This document shows, piece by piece, positions 25,263 to 38,400 of a stretch of DNA of 64,000 nt (positions are counted from its first letter, which is position 1; every line of letters begins with the position of its first letter). The DNA lies in contig NW_026515670.1 of the NCBI RefSeq assembly GCF_025526975.1, positions 558,001-622,000 on the forward strand. Reading direction: 5' to 3'. Made by a program: the position numbers and the translations under genes. Source of the stretch: Fimicolochytrium jonesii. Lineage: Eukaryota. A model generated the notes under the pieces. It worked only from the letters and a program-made list of their open reading frames with translations. It was not told the origin of the DNA and made no database searches.

Positions 25263-27040
25263 ATGACGGAAACAGAGGGACGCCAGAGGAACGGTGGTGG
25301 GATCGACAGCAAACTCGATGCCACCCTTGTTTTTGAGACCACCGACGATGTCAAGGTCGTCAACACTTTCGACCAAATGGGTCTGAAGGAAGACTTACTG
25401 AGAGGAATCTACGCCTACAGTGAGTGAAGACAAGATCAGAGATGTGCCATGTTGGGGAAGATAGCTGTACTCACAGGGGTTCCTCATTTCAGACTTCGAG
25501 AAGCCGTCCGCCATCCAACAACGTGCAATCTTCCCTATTATCAGTGGCCGAGATGTGATCGCCCAAGCGCAGTCTGGAACCGGTAAAACTGCCACCTTCT
25601 CGATCTCCACACTACAAAACATCGACACTTCGACCCGCGAAACACAGGCATTGGTGCTGTCTCCCACTCGTGAGCTCGCGACGCAGATTCAAAGCGTTGT
25701 CCTCGCTTTGGGTGACTACATGAACGTCCAGTGTCATGCTTGTATTGGTGGGACCAGTGTCGGTGAAGACATCAAAAAGTTAGATTACGGACAGCACATT
25801 GTCTCGGGAACCCCTGGCCGTGTGTTTGATATGATCCGTCGCCGTCACTTGCGCACAAGGCAAATCAAAATGCTTGTGCTCGATGAGGCCGATGAGATGT
25901 TGAGCAAAGGGTTCAGGGAACAGATCTACGACGTTTACAGATACCTGCCACCAGGGTGCCAGGTGGTGCTACTCAGTGCTACACTACCTTACGACGTGCT
26001 CGAAATGACGACCAAGTTCATGACCGACCCAGTCCGCGTCCTGGTGAAACGTGATGAATTGACGTTGGAAGGCATCAAGCAGTTCTTCGTGGCTGTGGAG
26101 CGTGAAGAGTGGAAGTTCGATACCCTTTGCGACCTCTACGATACGTTGACGATTACCCAAGCCGTTATTTTCTGTAACACACGTAGAAAGGTGGGTCTCG
26201 CACTTGATGCTTTGCCCATGCTTCAGGACGGTTGCTCACCCGATTTCTTCAGGTCGACTGGTTGACGGAGAAGATGCGTGAAGCAAACTTTACCGTTTCC
26301 TCAATGCACGGTGAAATGCCTCAGAAGGAGCGTGACGCCATCATGACAGAGTTCCGACAAGGATCCAGGTACACAGGCGAATATGTCTCGGTTGGCTAAA
26401 TGCGCGATGAATGGATCCCTTTGGTCTTCTCGATTATCGAACGGAGCGCTGACTTCGCTTTTCCACGTTGGTGGTGTTTCTGACTCTTAGTCGGGTCTTG
26501 ATCACCACCGACGTGTGGGCCCGTGGTATTGTAAGTATTTCTTCATACTGATGCTATTAGTCATGTCCTCTATCGTTAGCAAACTTGCTCATTTTATGTC
26601 CCTTGTTTTTTTTCTTCTTGATAGGATGTGCAACAGGTGTCTCTAGTCATCAACTACGACCTCCCCAACAACCGTGAGCTTTACATCCACCGGTAAGCAC
26701 GGAACTCATACTAGTTTCCATTGGCAAACAGACTAAGCAATTCCGTTCTCATTGCAGTATCGGTCGTTCTGGCCGTTTCGGACGCAAGGGTGTTGGTACG
26801 TTCTCCGACCTGATGTATCACACCAGGGATCTCGGTCTCATAGTTCTACTTTCCCTTCAGCCATCAACTTCGTCAAGATTGATGATATCAAGATTCTCCG
26901 CGATATTGAGCAGTACTACAGTACTCAGATTGACGAAATGCCCATGAACGGTATGATACCAGTTTCCGTTCTGATTTTCGGTCGAATGTGCGTCTGATCG
27001 CGATTGCTTTCCGCCCCGTACAGTTACCGACCTCATCTGA
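25263..27040 (+). CDS. FAL1: DEAD-box RNA helicase eIF4A-III (exon junction complex/Fal1)
   Basis: About eight exons. Motifs: [55 protein letters not shown]. The protein ends EMPMNVTDLI*. Confidence 0.95.
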
Positions 27041-27289
27041 GAGCTTCTGCGACCATGACTGGAGTCGCTTGTGAATAAGCAAGCAACGATTTTGTGTATC
27101 TTATTGAGTTCAATACGAATTTAGAGTTCGTCAGTGTTCTGCATCAGATTTTACCGGTCACGTCGAGATTATCCCAAGGAAAGAATGGACCTAAAAGGAG
27201 CTACTGTACAAGTACCTACATCTACGGCTCTACCTGCTCTCTAATCACTAACATCTCAAGCTTGCCAAAACCATCGTCAGTCCACCTCG

Positions 27290-29522
27290 TTATCCGATAT
27301 CCGTTGTAGCGAAGTCCGTTTCGTCAAGCGATCCACCGGCCTCCACTACCACCTCCGTCCCGGGATCTACACCGAGTGTATGCGGGAGATTATGCTGTCC
27401 CGTTAGCGGTTTGGTTTTGAGCAGTTTTGCCAACCCTCGGCCCACTTTATCGTTGCCGCTCGTCGTGGGGTTATGCGGCTCGTATCCGGAGTGGCCACGG
27501 GAGCCGGATCTGATTTGACGAGCTTCGAATCTGAGGAAGAGGATTTGAGTTTCATCAATACCGGAAAACGTCGTCCGTAGTTAGAACCCACCTCGACTCG
27601 GCAGTCTCCTCCACAACCTCCCCTCCATGGGCGTACTGCAATCCAATCAGCCTTTCCAACGCTTTAGCCTTCGTCTGTGCCTGCCGTTTAGAACTACACG
27701 CTTGCTGATGGCTCTGTTCCTTATGCTGAGTGTGCGGTCGGATCCGCGTATACAGAGTCGTAAGATACAGCGCCGGAGGTGGGGGGACTTGCCCGTGCGC
27801 TTCGGATTGAGGGTAGACTTCGGGCGCGACGAGGGATGTGGATGATACAGAGGATAGGGACGGTAGTGATGGAACGGACGTGGATAACGGGTTTGCTGAT
27901 GGTTTGTGGGATTGGGATGTCATATTTCGGGTTTGTGCAGGGGTGGATTTACTGTAGGAGACGAGCGGTGGGCCGTGCTGGGGAGATGGTGAGGATGCTT
28001 GTGGCGATGGTCGTGCAGGACCGGTCCGTTGCGATGGCGGTGCTATTGGAGGCATAGTGACCCGTCGTGCGCCAGCGCTACTCCGCCCACTGCCTTTCCT
28101 ACGTCGTCTCCTCCGATTTGGGGGCTTTCTTGTTTCCACGCCGGTACCAGCTACCAATCCAGCGTCATCCGGCTCCTTCTGCACCGCCACCACCACAGGC
28201 GTCATGCCCAACACCGGTCCCGGCCGTCTGTCGCCACTACTCCTATTCTTCATCCTCTGTGCAGGTAAGGGCGTTATCGACGTCGTTGCGATCAACGCAT
28301 CCCTTCCAATCTCCGGTAACGACGATGACGACCCATCGAACGAGTCGGAGCTTGCGCCGCGCATGTTTTCGACGAGCCAGCGTTGTCCATCATGCATGCG
28401 CGTGTGAGGGCGCTGGAGCTCTTCTGATGATTGAGACGGGCCCAGCGGCGGGAGAAGGGGATCCTGTGGGGCGTTCGGTTTTCGGGGTGGTGGAGCGGCG
28501 GTGCTTAGCCGTGAAGCTCTGATGCCCGCGGCTGAGTGGGCTCGATTGTAGTGTTGGGGGAAACGGGGTAGGACGAACACCGCTGTCATAGGGGCGCCTA
28601 GGGGGAGTGTCTCAGAGTCCCTTCGTCCCTCGCTCTTGCGATGGCTATGGGCAGGAGTATGCGCCACAATGGCCAGATCGTTGGTGCGTGTATGCGCATC
28701 ACCCGCGGATGGGTATAGTAGTCCCGTCGTACTCCCATCGTTCATCGGCGTCTGAGACCGTGATGCCGACTGCGAGCCCGAATATGAGCCGCGGGATTCG
28801 CTAGCACGCATCCCATCGTCTATTCTCTGTTTCAGCCGTTGTCTCCGCCTCGCTATTGCCGCTTTCTGTGGCGACCGCGGTTTGACATGGCCCATCCACG
28901 GGCTCAAACATATCGCGTAAGAATCGAGTCCGATTTCCGGCTCCGCTGACTTTGAGACGCTCGGAAGGGATATCAGGTCTCCAGTGCTAGATGCAGCAAT
29001 GTGGATCGCCGTGGTCCTCATCGTAGCTGACGTCCGCGGTAAACCTCTTGCGTGGGTGTCCGACTTTGAGTCATGCTCATTTCCATGGTCCATGCCCGTA
29101 CGTGTTGCTGTGAGTGTCGCCGGTATCTCAAGAGCTGCGTCTTCGCTCCGCTTTGAACTTGATGGTGGTTTGACGCTGGCAAACCGCGGAGGAGCCAATT
29201 GCGGTAATGCCCGCGAGGAGAGCATTGCGCGCGGAAGCTTCCTTTGGGGTGATGTGACAAAGATGAGAGGGAAATGCTGCTGCTGGTTCTGGAGCGAGCT
29301 GGCGGGGTGCGATCTTGTATCTGCGACATTATGCGATGTTGACGGTCTCTCTGCATCGTCGATGTCCTCTGGCGGTGGTATCTTTGGTTTTTTGACCATT
29401 TGGGCGACAGAAAGAGAGGGGGCCCTGGCGACAGGCTCGTCGGCAACAGGATGATGACTGCTACGGGACAACGCTGATAGGTAATGGTGTCTTATAGGAA
29501 AGTCGACTTCCAATGGCACCAT
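27290..29522 (-). CDS. Hypothetical disordered Ser/Pro/Arg-rich protein
   Basis: 655-codon ORF. A probable final intron (~27532-27592) leads to an open last exon that ends at 27290. Basic NLS-like patch RRRRRRK. Confidence 0.6.
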
Positions 29523-30648
29523 CGATCTAATGAACTCTGGTTAGAAACTTCTACTAATTCAAAGTTGAAGTCAAAGGAGGAGTTTGTCCTAAGCTGGAAC
29601 GAACTGGCAGGCTTTCCGGGACACATGGGCTCGGAGAATTTCGCCAAATCTTACCACGGGTGCCGACGTAAGTGTAAGCCACGCATTGCAAGGGATGCTT
29701 CGTTCGGACGTTTTCCGCGTCAATTCGCCAGACATTAACTCTAACTGTGAATGGAGGACGTCCGAGTTACGAGCGGCGCTAAGCCCTGTTCCGAATCTTC
29801 GTTTGATTAGGGTTTGCGAAGGAAGGTACCGGCGGAAGGTAAGAAAGATGATCGAGGCAACATACGCCAGACAGTCGAAGTACTAGAATGAAAAGCGAAC
29901 ATAGACCCGCAGAAGTATACTTAAGCTGAAACTATTATGGAAGACGGTGTTCATTCGAAGCCGACTTGGAAGTCATGGTTCTTCATCCGTTTGAAAGCTC
30001 GAAATGGGTTTCGATGGACATGACGGAAACCGTCGAGCGGGGTTTGGTGGAGATTTTTTTTGACAGCGCGCTTCACGTCACACCAGTTTAGCCCCCGAAG
30101 ACGGGCCTCGTGGCTCTGGTCTAATGAGTTTGATTAGCGTTCTGCGCGAATAAACAGTATCCCGTCTTAACAGTGGCCGTAAGACCATCTCGCAATACGA
30201 CACCGTTTGAATCCGCAAGGAAACAACGGGCTCGCCGCTCAGTTCCCACCCCGACTCCAATCCCCACGAGAACGTTGTGATCCGCTCTCTCACCCCAGGC
30301 ATCGACGGGCGGAACCCCCACCCTGCATGATCCCTGGTCGGGTGTGTCCACGAGCAGGCTGACTCCTTCCTCTCCACGGAGGGCTTTGCTGTTTGTCCCT
30401 CGGCACAGAAGTGAAGTAAGCGTCCCTTCCACAATAACCCTACAGACGGTAAACTGCTCTAGGGGTTTTAGCGGCAGAAGGACTAACCTCGTGCCTCTCA
30501 TCTGTCGTCGGTTCAGCTGTCTCTGCAAGCACCGAGTAGCACCCGTTGTGAGCGAGCCCCTTTGAATTGACGTCCTCGTACGCGTGCTTCAGCGACTGCC
30601 ACCATCAGAACTTAGACAACTGTTTCGAAAACCGACTCACTGGCCTGG

Positions 30649-31755
30649 ATGATGGGAAGTGGCCCTCTACCTGTCACCGCCTCCATGACGTCTCGCCAAG
30701 ACGAGAATGAGGCCTCGAACACGACGTCGGAGGTGTCACCTGGTGACAACAATTTCGGCCTCGATCCGGCTACAGCGGAAGGACTCTACGTCCGTCTAAT
30801 CACCACCAACGATCAGACGTATGAAGGACTCATCTATGCTTACGACACAGACTGGGGGGTCCTGGTGCTGCAGAGCTCTTCAGGAGGCGGCGGGGCGGAA
30901 ACGTCGATTCCGGGCTTGACGGAGTCTGCCTCCGCCACAGCTTCGGCATCTGCGAATGATAGCGGCACCTCCACCCCGTCCGCTCGTCTTCCGGAGGCTT
31001 CGGGTCCGGCGGCTAAAGTAAACGGCCGTCCTATGAACTTTGCTGCCGCTGCAGCCGCAGCCACGGCCCGTTCGTCCTCTTCCACTTCTTCTGCTGCTGC
31101 TCCTCAACCAAAGAAGCCTGCTTCGCCCGCTCCTTCGATCCAGTTTGGAACGATCAACAGCGGCAGCGCCGCGACGAGTAACAGTCCCAGTCCTACTCCA
31201 TCGGTTTCCGCTCCAGGCACGTTCGACTTCCACATGCTCAAATTCAGCCTCATCAAAGACATCGAGCCTGTATCTGGAGACGGGAGCGATGAATCGGCAA
31301 GCAATTCACGTATAAAGGGTCAAAAGGTTCCGAACCCACTACCCGCACTGGCCCCTTTCGGTCCGATCAATATGGATAAGTTAGCTGCTCGGGAAGAGGC
31401 CGCGATCGCTCGGATTGGCTTTGGAGTCACTCCTGAAGCTCAGGTAAGATATACTTGCAATCAGAATTACCGCTTAGTTCTCAGGATGTTGACCATACCT
31501 TACCCCTCGCAGACCATCTTCGACCACCTCTCAAAAACCCTACCGACAAGATGGCGAAAAACGTCCATCGTAATCATGGACGAGATCGAAATCAACTCAC
31601 CTTATAACTCTGCCGACTGCAAAGTCGTACAGGGAAAGACAAATGCCGAAGCCTCTCTGTCTCGCGTGAAAAAGGTGCTTGAAGGAGTTCGTACCCGACT
31701 TGGATTGGATCACAATCGGCAAACTCAACCACATAGTGCTCAAAACCGAAGATAG
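30649..31755 (+). CDS. LSM12: LSM12-like protein (Lsm fold plus anticodon-binding domain)
   Basis: N-terminal VRLITTNDQTYEGLIYAYD..VLVL and C-terminal IGFGVTPEAQTIFDHLSKTLPTRW..IEINSPY..RVKKVLEG. Intron at 31444-31512. Confidence 0.85.
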   Translation: MMGSGPLPVTASMTSRQDENEASNTTSEVSPGDNNFGLDPATAEGLYVRLITTNDQTYEGLIYAYDTDWGVLVLQSSSGGGGAETSIPGLTESASATASASANDSGTSTPSARLPEASGPAAKVNGRPMNFAAAAAAATARSSSSTSSAAAPQPKKPASPAPSIQFGTINSGSAATSNSPSPTPSVSAPGTFDFHMLKFSLIKDIEPVSGDGSDESASNSRIKGQKVPNPLPALAPFGPINMDKLAAREEAAIARIGFGVTPEAQVRYTCNQNYRLVLRMLTIPYPSQTIFDHLSKTLPTRWRKTSIVIMDEIEINSPYNSADCKVVQGKTNAEASLSRVKKVLEGVRTRLGLDHNRQTQPHSAQNRR

Positions 31756-32545
31756 AGAAGAGGGAGCAGAAATGCCGAAGAAACTGGCATATACGCTGGA
31801 GGTCAACTGTTGTTGGATCCGTGGGCGTTTGGGGTTTCCCTTAATGGCGGGCAAGCTGGTGACGGATGTGGTTGAGATGCTTTTCATGTGGGCTCTCCTC
31901 GCGTGGTGTCTGCTACGGCAAATGTCTGATGCGTTGGGTGGTTGGGATGAGCTTGAGGAGGGATGGACGGCATATGGAGCGAGTTCCGGCAGCGATAGCA
32001 TTCCCGAATATAGCAATACACAATGGATAGCGTCGGAAGCCTTAGCTGCAGTGTAAACCGAGTCATTGTGGGAGATTTCTTGACGAATCTTCGATTTCAC
32101 TGAGCATCCGCCAAATGTTTGCATTCTTCTCGAATGAGGGAAGTGAACGTGAAATTGATGAGCCAGAGCAGCTTCATGCCAGTCTTTTTCGGCATTCATA
32201 TTGGGAGCAAGAAATTACATGTAATTTGAGCATTCAAGAGAATATCCAGATGCCAAAGACACGAAAGAAAACCATGCAGACGCCGATACGCAAAACATGG
32301 AGGTCCTCGAAAACAAGATCTATCTAGTGCCAAAGGCACTACCGAAAGTCTGACCAAAAGCATCAACAACTACGCCAGAATCAAGCGTCCTCTATAGATG
32401 CCTCGGACCATCTGTGTGGTCAACGAAACACTACGCCTTTGGGGGGATATTCTATGTAAGCTGGGGAGGGGAATCAAAACAGAGCAGAAAGTCTCGAGAT
32501 CCATCAGGCATTGTCGAGTACCAAATGTACAGACGAAGAAGGCTT

Positions 32546-35461
32546 CTAGAACAGCATCCTCCCCTTCTTCGCCAAACGGAGCGATGCACTGCTGCTCGCC
32601 TCGCTGGGAGCCAGGGATGACCTCATGCTGCCGGTGGACATAGCCGGGTCCGCTTGGTATCTATAGCCGCTACTCCCCGACATGGATGCCGATGCCGAGG
32701 AGAAGTGGTCTTCGTCTTCCTCGGCGACGGGAGGTGGTATGGCGCCGGGTGGGAGACGGATCGACTGCGAGGAGGTGAGCGCGGAAAGGGCTGGAGAGGA
32801 AGGGTTCTTGCCCGCGGCGTAGAGAGTGGTGAGATTTTGGTGGGATGCAGAGGCGTGCAGTGGCAGGTGTGGGGATGAGATGGAACCTAAGGGTCGCTTG
32901 GAGGCTGACATGTAAATGCCGTTTGTGCCACTTGTGACGGCGGGTTCCGCCGCCTTGGAAGATTTGGAGAATTCGAAGGGTAACGTGGGCAGGAACATGA
33001 TGGATCGGGAGTGGCGGATGTTTTTCGCAGCCGCGGCGTCCTTTCCGGCGTTCGGTACAACGTTGTTGGCGGTCTTGCTGCCCAATCGTGAGATTGCGTT
33101 TTCCCATTTACGAAAAGCGGCCGACAGCCCGCTGTGAGTGCGCTTTGCTGACAGTTCTCGGCGTTCTGACACCGTCTTCGACTTTTCAGAATCCGCGCCG
33201 TCGGAGGCCGGTGACGCAGGGGAAGGCAACGAAGGCAAGGAAGGTGTAACCAGGCTGACTGGTCTTTCCTCATTGGTAATGACGACGTTGCCAGGTAGCA
33301 CGATTCGGCGGAAACCAGCGGTCCTCCGCGAATCACTTGCACCAGCGTCAGTGGTCGATGAAGTGGTCACAGAGAACGACGAGCGTTTCGACGTGATCGA
33401 ACCATTGCGGAGAGTAGAAGCTGGGCGATTGTTCGCAGTGCTACCGCCCGACGCAATTGACGACGAACCGCCTTCGCGGCTGACGGTCTCGGATGAGCCT
33501 CGCGTGCTAGTGGCGACTTTCGAGAGGGTGCTGACCCTGGCGCTAAGTGGCCGGTCGATCTCGATCTGGCTGCTTCTCAACGAGCTGGAGTCCTTGTTGC
33601 TGATGAAGTCCTCGATAACCGTGCCTCTGAACGGAGATGATGGTGCCAGAATGGTCTCGCGGCGACTCTCCTCATCGGAAACCTCTAGGGTGGCGTCGCT
33701 TTCGGGGTCACTCCGAGCCCCTGCTTCGTCGTGCTGCTCATCGTGGGATGATGCCGCGTCAGCATCCCCTCGTTGAGAATCTTCGCTGCACCTTGTTTCC
33801 GTTTGCAAAGAGGTTGCGATGCTGTCGAGAACATTCGCTTCTCCCAGAATGGCGGCCACATCCTCGTCTGACATGAAGCTTCCTTGGTTTGCCAGTCTGC
33901 GGGCCAGTGCCGAGATATTCGCCAATGCCTGACGGACCTTCTTCGCCCTGTGATCGGGTTTCGTCGGACGTCTGCGTGCCTTCCGCCTTGAACTCTGTCT
34001 CCTAATCAGTGTCGCATTGGAGTCAATTCTGGAATGCTTTGACCGACCCCTGGAGCTTTTCCTTCGAACGAGGGTCCCATCGAAGTCAGTTATCGTCTGA
34101 CGGACGCTTCGACGTTTGTGACGTCTCTCCTTATGCACGCTTTTGCGCGAGCTTCGCGTCGTTCCATTGGTGGCGACCGACGCTCGTCGACTCCTCGATA
34201 GTGACCGAGATAGTCGGTATACAGTAGAGCGACGTGTGGGTGAGTCTCGGAGTGCTTCGAAAGGCGAGTTGGGATAGAGGGAGTAGAGCGGCGGCGACGG
34301 CGGTGCTGGCTCGATGGAAAGACCCTCAGATCTTACCACGATGTCGAGTGGTGCAGCCGGTGGGTCCACGGGCGTCGGGAGAGTGGAGGCCCTTGAGTGT
34401 TGCAACAGGTTCTGACCAACGGCCACTGTCAGATCGAACACTTCCTTGCTTTCGGGTCCCAAGGAAGCATCCTCTACCGGCGCAATATGTAGAATGCTGT
34501 CTTCGCGCGCTGGGAATTGGGCAGATATCTGCTCTTTCGCCTCCAGGTCCTCCGTGCCCTCCATAGTTGTTCCAGCGGGTGCTACAGTTCCCCACAGCCC
34601 TGTGACCGGATCCTGATAGCAGAGCACGCGAGTGGCCATGCGCTTCCTCTGCGACTCCGGTACATCTTCATCGGACGACTGCGCGACTCGCGCAAGTGCC
34701 GACCCGCTTTGGGAGTGAGACGCAGATGGCTGTGAAGACCTTAAACTACCAGAAGACTGCGAATCTGTCCTCTGCAACTGAGTTAATCGCTTGTCGATAA
34801 CCACATCTTCGATAGAAGCCGCCGGTGAAGGGAACGCAGGGGTTGGCTGGCCCGTGGCGAGCAGGGGAGAGGATTTTGAGCCCGTTAAACGACGTTGTTG
34901 AATGGTGGGAAAGGGCTCCGTGTCCGCAGCATCCGTCAAGTTGCCAATCTCTGAGGGAACAAGCGCCTTTAGCTTCGTCGAGATCCCACGAGCAGGTATA
35001 ACAGCCGCCTCAGCTGGAGGCGACGGAGGAGCGGCGGCCAGTGCACGTGATTCCTTCTGTAGCTCAGTAATATCGAAACGCTGCCTCCGTCGCAGTCCAG
35101 CTGCCGAGGGAGGTGCACGTTCAGACGATGGTGGGCTATTGACTAACTTTTGGCTGCTGTCGGCAGAGCGGAAGAACGACGAGACCGATTTCCGCAGTGA
35201 GCGGAACAGGTGCGGACGCTGCGTTGGGACTTTGCTGCGGTTATCCATTTCTCTTTTCGTACTTCGATACAGTCGGTCCGGTGTATGCTCGCCCGATGGC
35301 TTGTAATCGTTGACAATTTCGAACACTTTGACTGAAAGACCTCGCAATTGCAGTAGGCTCGCTGCACCCTCCGTCTCTTCTGCAGTCGCTGGGGCTGGGG
35401 TGCAGCTAAGCCGAATCTGTCGACGGAGAGTAGACCCTGGGCGAGTTGCTTGGAACGTCAA
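32546..35461 (-). CDS. Hypothetical disordered Ser/Arg-rich protein
   Basis: 971-codon open frame. The real start is uncertain; the first ATG is near 35248. Basic central region, no recognisable domain. Confidence 0.65.
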   Translation of the reverse strand: MTFQATRPGSTLRRQIRLSCTPAPATAEETEGAASLLQLRGLSVKVFEIVNDYKPSGEHTPDRLYRSTKREMDNRSKVPTQRPHLFRSLRKSVSSFFRSADSSQKLVNSPPSSERAPPSAAGLRRRQRFDITELQKESRALAAAPPSPPAEAAVIPARGISTKLKALVPSEIGNLTDAADTEPFPTIQQRRLTGSKSSPLLATGQPTPAFPSPAASIEDVVIDKRLTQLQRTDSQSSGSLRSSQPSASHSQSGSALARVAQSSDEDVPESQRKRMATRVLCYQDPVTGLWGTVAPAGTTMEGTEDLEAKEQISAQFPAREDSILHIAPVEDASLGPESKEVFDLTVAVGQNLLQHSRASTLPTPVDPPAAPLDIVVRSEGLSIEPAPPSPPLYSLYPNSPFEALRDSPTRRSTVYRLSRSLSRSRRASVATNGTTRSSRKSVHKERRHKRRSVRQTITDFDGTLVRRKSSRGRSKHSRIDSNATLIRRQSSRRKARRRPTKPDHRAKKVRQALANISALARRLANQGSFMSDEDVAAILGEANVLDSIATSLQTETRCSEDSQRGDADAASSHDEQHDEAGARSDPESDATLEVSDEESRRETILAPSSPFRGTVIEDFISNKDSSSLRSSQIEIDRPLSARVSTLSKVATSTRGSSETVSREGGSSSIASGGSTANNRPASTLRNGSITSKRSSFSVTTSSTTDAGASDSRRTAGFRRIVLPGNVVITNEERPVSLVTPSLPSLPSPASPASDGADSEKSKTVSERRELSAKRTHSGLSAAFRKWENAISRLGSKTANNVVPNAGKDAAAAKNIRHSRSIMFLPTLPFEFSKSSKAAEPAVTSGTNGIYMSASKRPLGSISSPHLPLHASASHQNLTTLYAAGKNPSSPALSALTSSQSIRLPPGAIPPPVAEEDEDHFSSASASMSGSSGYRYQADPAMSTGSMRSSLAPSEASSSASLRLAKKGRMLF

Positions 35462-38400
35462 AGGCCTGGGCTGGCCGCAAGAAAAACGACACCGGCGGTT
35501 CTTTCGTCAGCTTCTCCTCTACAACCGTATCTGTGCAGCCGGCCGGATACAGGACAGACAGCCTTGTGGTAAGCAGCTATTCCAAGCCAGGGGATATTGA
35601 ATATCCAGGGGGATATGGCCCTCCTGGTTGGTGTATGCCGTGCGTAGCTCTTCCAATAACGAAAGTGTGCTTGTTGGAAGCGAGCGGTGTGATCTGCGAG
35701 TGGGCAGGCAGGAGACACCAAGTTCAGCGGACAAATTTTGGCGCGCCTCGGATGGAGCACAGCGTAGACGAGATCTCGCACACTCCGCCCCGCACACCGT
35801 TACACCCACACCCACACGCACACTCACTCGACGGCCACAGATGTGACGGGCGGGCTGCTGAAGCTCGATCCAAGGACGCTTTTCGTCCTCCGGGTGCGTG
35901 CAAGACGACACTGGAACTTGAAGTCTGGGGAATTGATGAAGGTTCAACTCTCTGATATGCCAACGGTTGTGCCCGGCTTTTGCGACGAACGAATCCTCTA
36001 CAAGAGGTAAAACAGCGACAGCGACGGCTAGGCCTACTCGGAGCTGATGAGGATTACGAGTGAATCGATGTCTTTTGTAACTGAAGTAAATGTCACCGGT
36101 GGACGGCACTGGACGCTGCGGCAGGACATTTGGGACGAATCATGTTTTCGCAGATGTTTGCACGAGTGCTTTGCTGCGCCGCTGCACATGCCCTAGAATC
36201 GTGTGGGGACCTCTCAATCCCGCCTTTGCTCGCAAATATCACAAGGTCTTGTGTTTTTCAATTCGAAATGGCTCTCAGCACGGCCAATCTAAAGTATGAA
36301 TCTATGAGTACCATATGCCGTGGTCGACTTCCCAACTCCCGACCTGCGATTTGTAGCCTTCCCCAAGCCGCAATCCCGGATCCCTCCGATGGTGCACCCG
36401 ATTTCCACTACCAGTTGGGGCAGCATTGCCGCAGCAATCGAAGACGAATGCTTGGAAAGGGACATGATGAGCAGCCGATCCTTCGGACTTTCCTCGCGTG
36501 GGAGGACCGTGGAACAACGCTGACCGGCGATAGGAACTTTCGCAGCACGGGCGGAGTACTGATTGCAGCGTTGCTGGGTTGGGCCGCTAGGAACGCCGCT
36601 GCGTAAGGGAAGCCGCCACCGGAAGTTGCACTGACCACGCAAAATTTCCCTAAACCAAAACTGACAATATTTCTGGATGCCGTCAAACTTGATCTCACTG
36701 ACAGAGACAAACGTCTCCCAATCCCCAGCCTTCGTCGGCACCATGAAGTTAGGATTTCAATACTTTTTTAATTCGGATCCTGTGTCATTGAACCGCCTCA
36801 TATTGCGTGCTCCATTTCATTTACTAGCTGTTGATCGCTCCTCGCCGGAAAGACCAAGCACATGTGAATAGCACTGAATACACAATTAAATATGAATATC
36901 CTTTATCGGCAGAGGATCATCCTCTACTGCGGAGTCCACTCTCACTTCGAAGCTTTGACCTTCGACTCTCACATCCGCAAGTTACAAGTTACTCTCTGCT
37001 GGTCTGGCGGGAAGTCAAAGACATCGTCACGCAGGACTAACAAAATGGGCAAACTTTTGCGAAGCATTTCGGAGCTTGTTCCCTCAACTTGTGCTCTCAG
37101 ATCCTCCGACGTGCAGCAAAGCGTCGTAGAGCGCGTGGATTCCACCATGTATCTGAGGATGTCCCAATCTACATATACATATTCCGCACCGTGCCAAATC
37201 GCGCTCGACCGAAGCCTGCGATGCGATGAGCTCTCCGCGGCGCGGTTCGTAGTAGCTGGCCACCTACATAGTGCGCTTGTCGAGCAGCAGCTCAATCTCA
37301 ACGGGGGCACCAACGTTTATTTACAGACTTAGGTCCATATCACGCTTGATGGCGGCAGCCTCGAGGTTGTACTGTATAGACAGTCTGCAGGCGGCGCAGC
37401 GTATGTGTAGCCGCGCTTTGCGAAGACAGTTCCGACCTAGTGAGTTTCCAAGCGAGGACTAGTCGAAGGATGATGACACACTTACCTCGTCCAGCCTGAA
37501 CGACACGGGGGCTTGTCCCATACCCGGCGGAGAGACATATGTCAGGGAGAGCTTCTGCTTCCAAATCTGCATCAGAGTATCACCGGGCAATCGACTTCCA
37601 ACGGCCCTTCGGCTTGAAATTCTCTGCTTGAAGTTCCTAAGGAAAATCTTGACAGCGGTCCGAGCAACCAGTAATTGTCTCGGTCTCGGTAACATGTCGC
37701 TACCCCGGCTCTGGCGCCAAAACCGGTCGCAAGTTCTGTGGGAGAGTGTCGGGTACAGTACTCCAGCAGTCTGAGACTCTGAGCAGTATGGCCTCTCTGC
37801 GCGCACCGTTTCCAGCCGTCAGTCTTCAGCGCTTTCCAGATGGATATACGGTACATGGATATACATAGGATACATGGATATACAGATATGTATGTATGTA
37901 TATGGGGCCTGGCGAGTTAGGGCGGTTGCTATGCTCCCTTATGTGCCCTTAGGGCGTCGGACCCAGACTTTTGGCCACCTACTGCAGATATAGACCCGTA
38001 AAAAAGGTGCCACCAACCTCCACGATGACGATAAACCGTCACCGTCGTTCGCAAGTTGCAATGAGGCCCATGCAAGCAGTGGCCATGGCTGGACCCTATC
38101 TTGCCACGTACTGGCAGTTGTCACCCCAGAAAGTGTACACAGTCTAGAAGTTGGAGCCGGGCTGACAAAACATCATCACGTGTGCATTCCCCCCTCATGT
38201 GTCGTGCTTGGATGTTCGTCGCTGGCAGCCTGGCAGCCATCAAGTATGCGTTCTTCAACGCTATCCCCGCGTGATGCACTGCAATCTCATCTGATTATGC
38301 TCGCCTACGTTGTGCCTTTTGCCTGCGTTGTGTGCTCTACAAAGAGGCTCGCCCGAACGCAGATAATGAGCGAATAATGAAGGCGTGGCTGGTGTACGTA

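Noticed and set aside
37841..37902. GGATATACA/TATG low-complexity repeats
   Set aside because: Short degenerate microsatellite with no spacer structure; not a CRISPR array.
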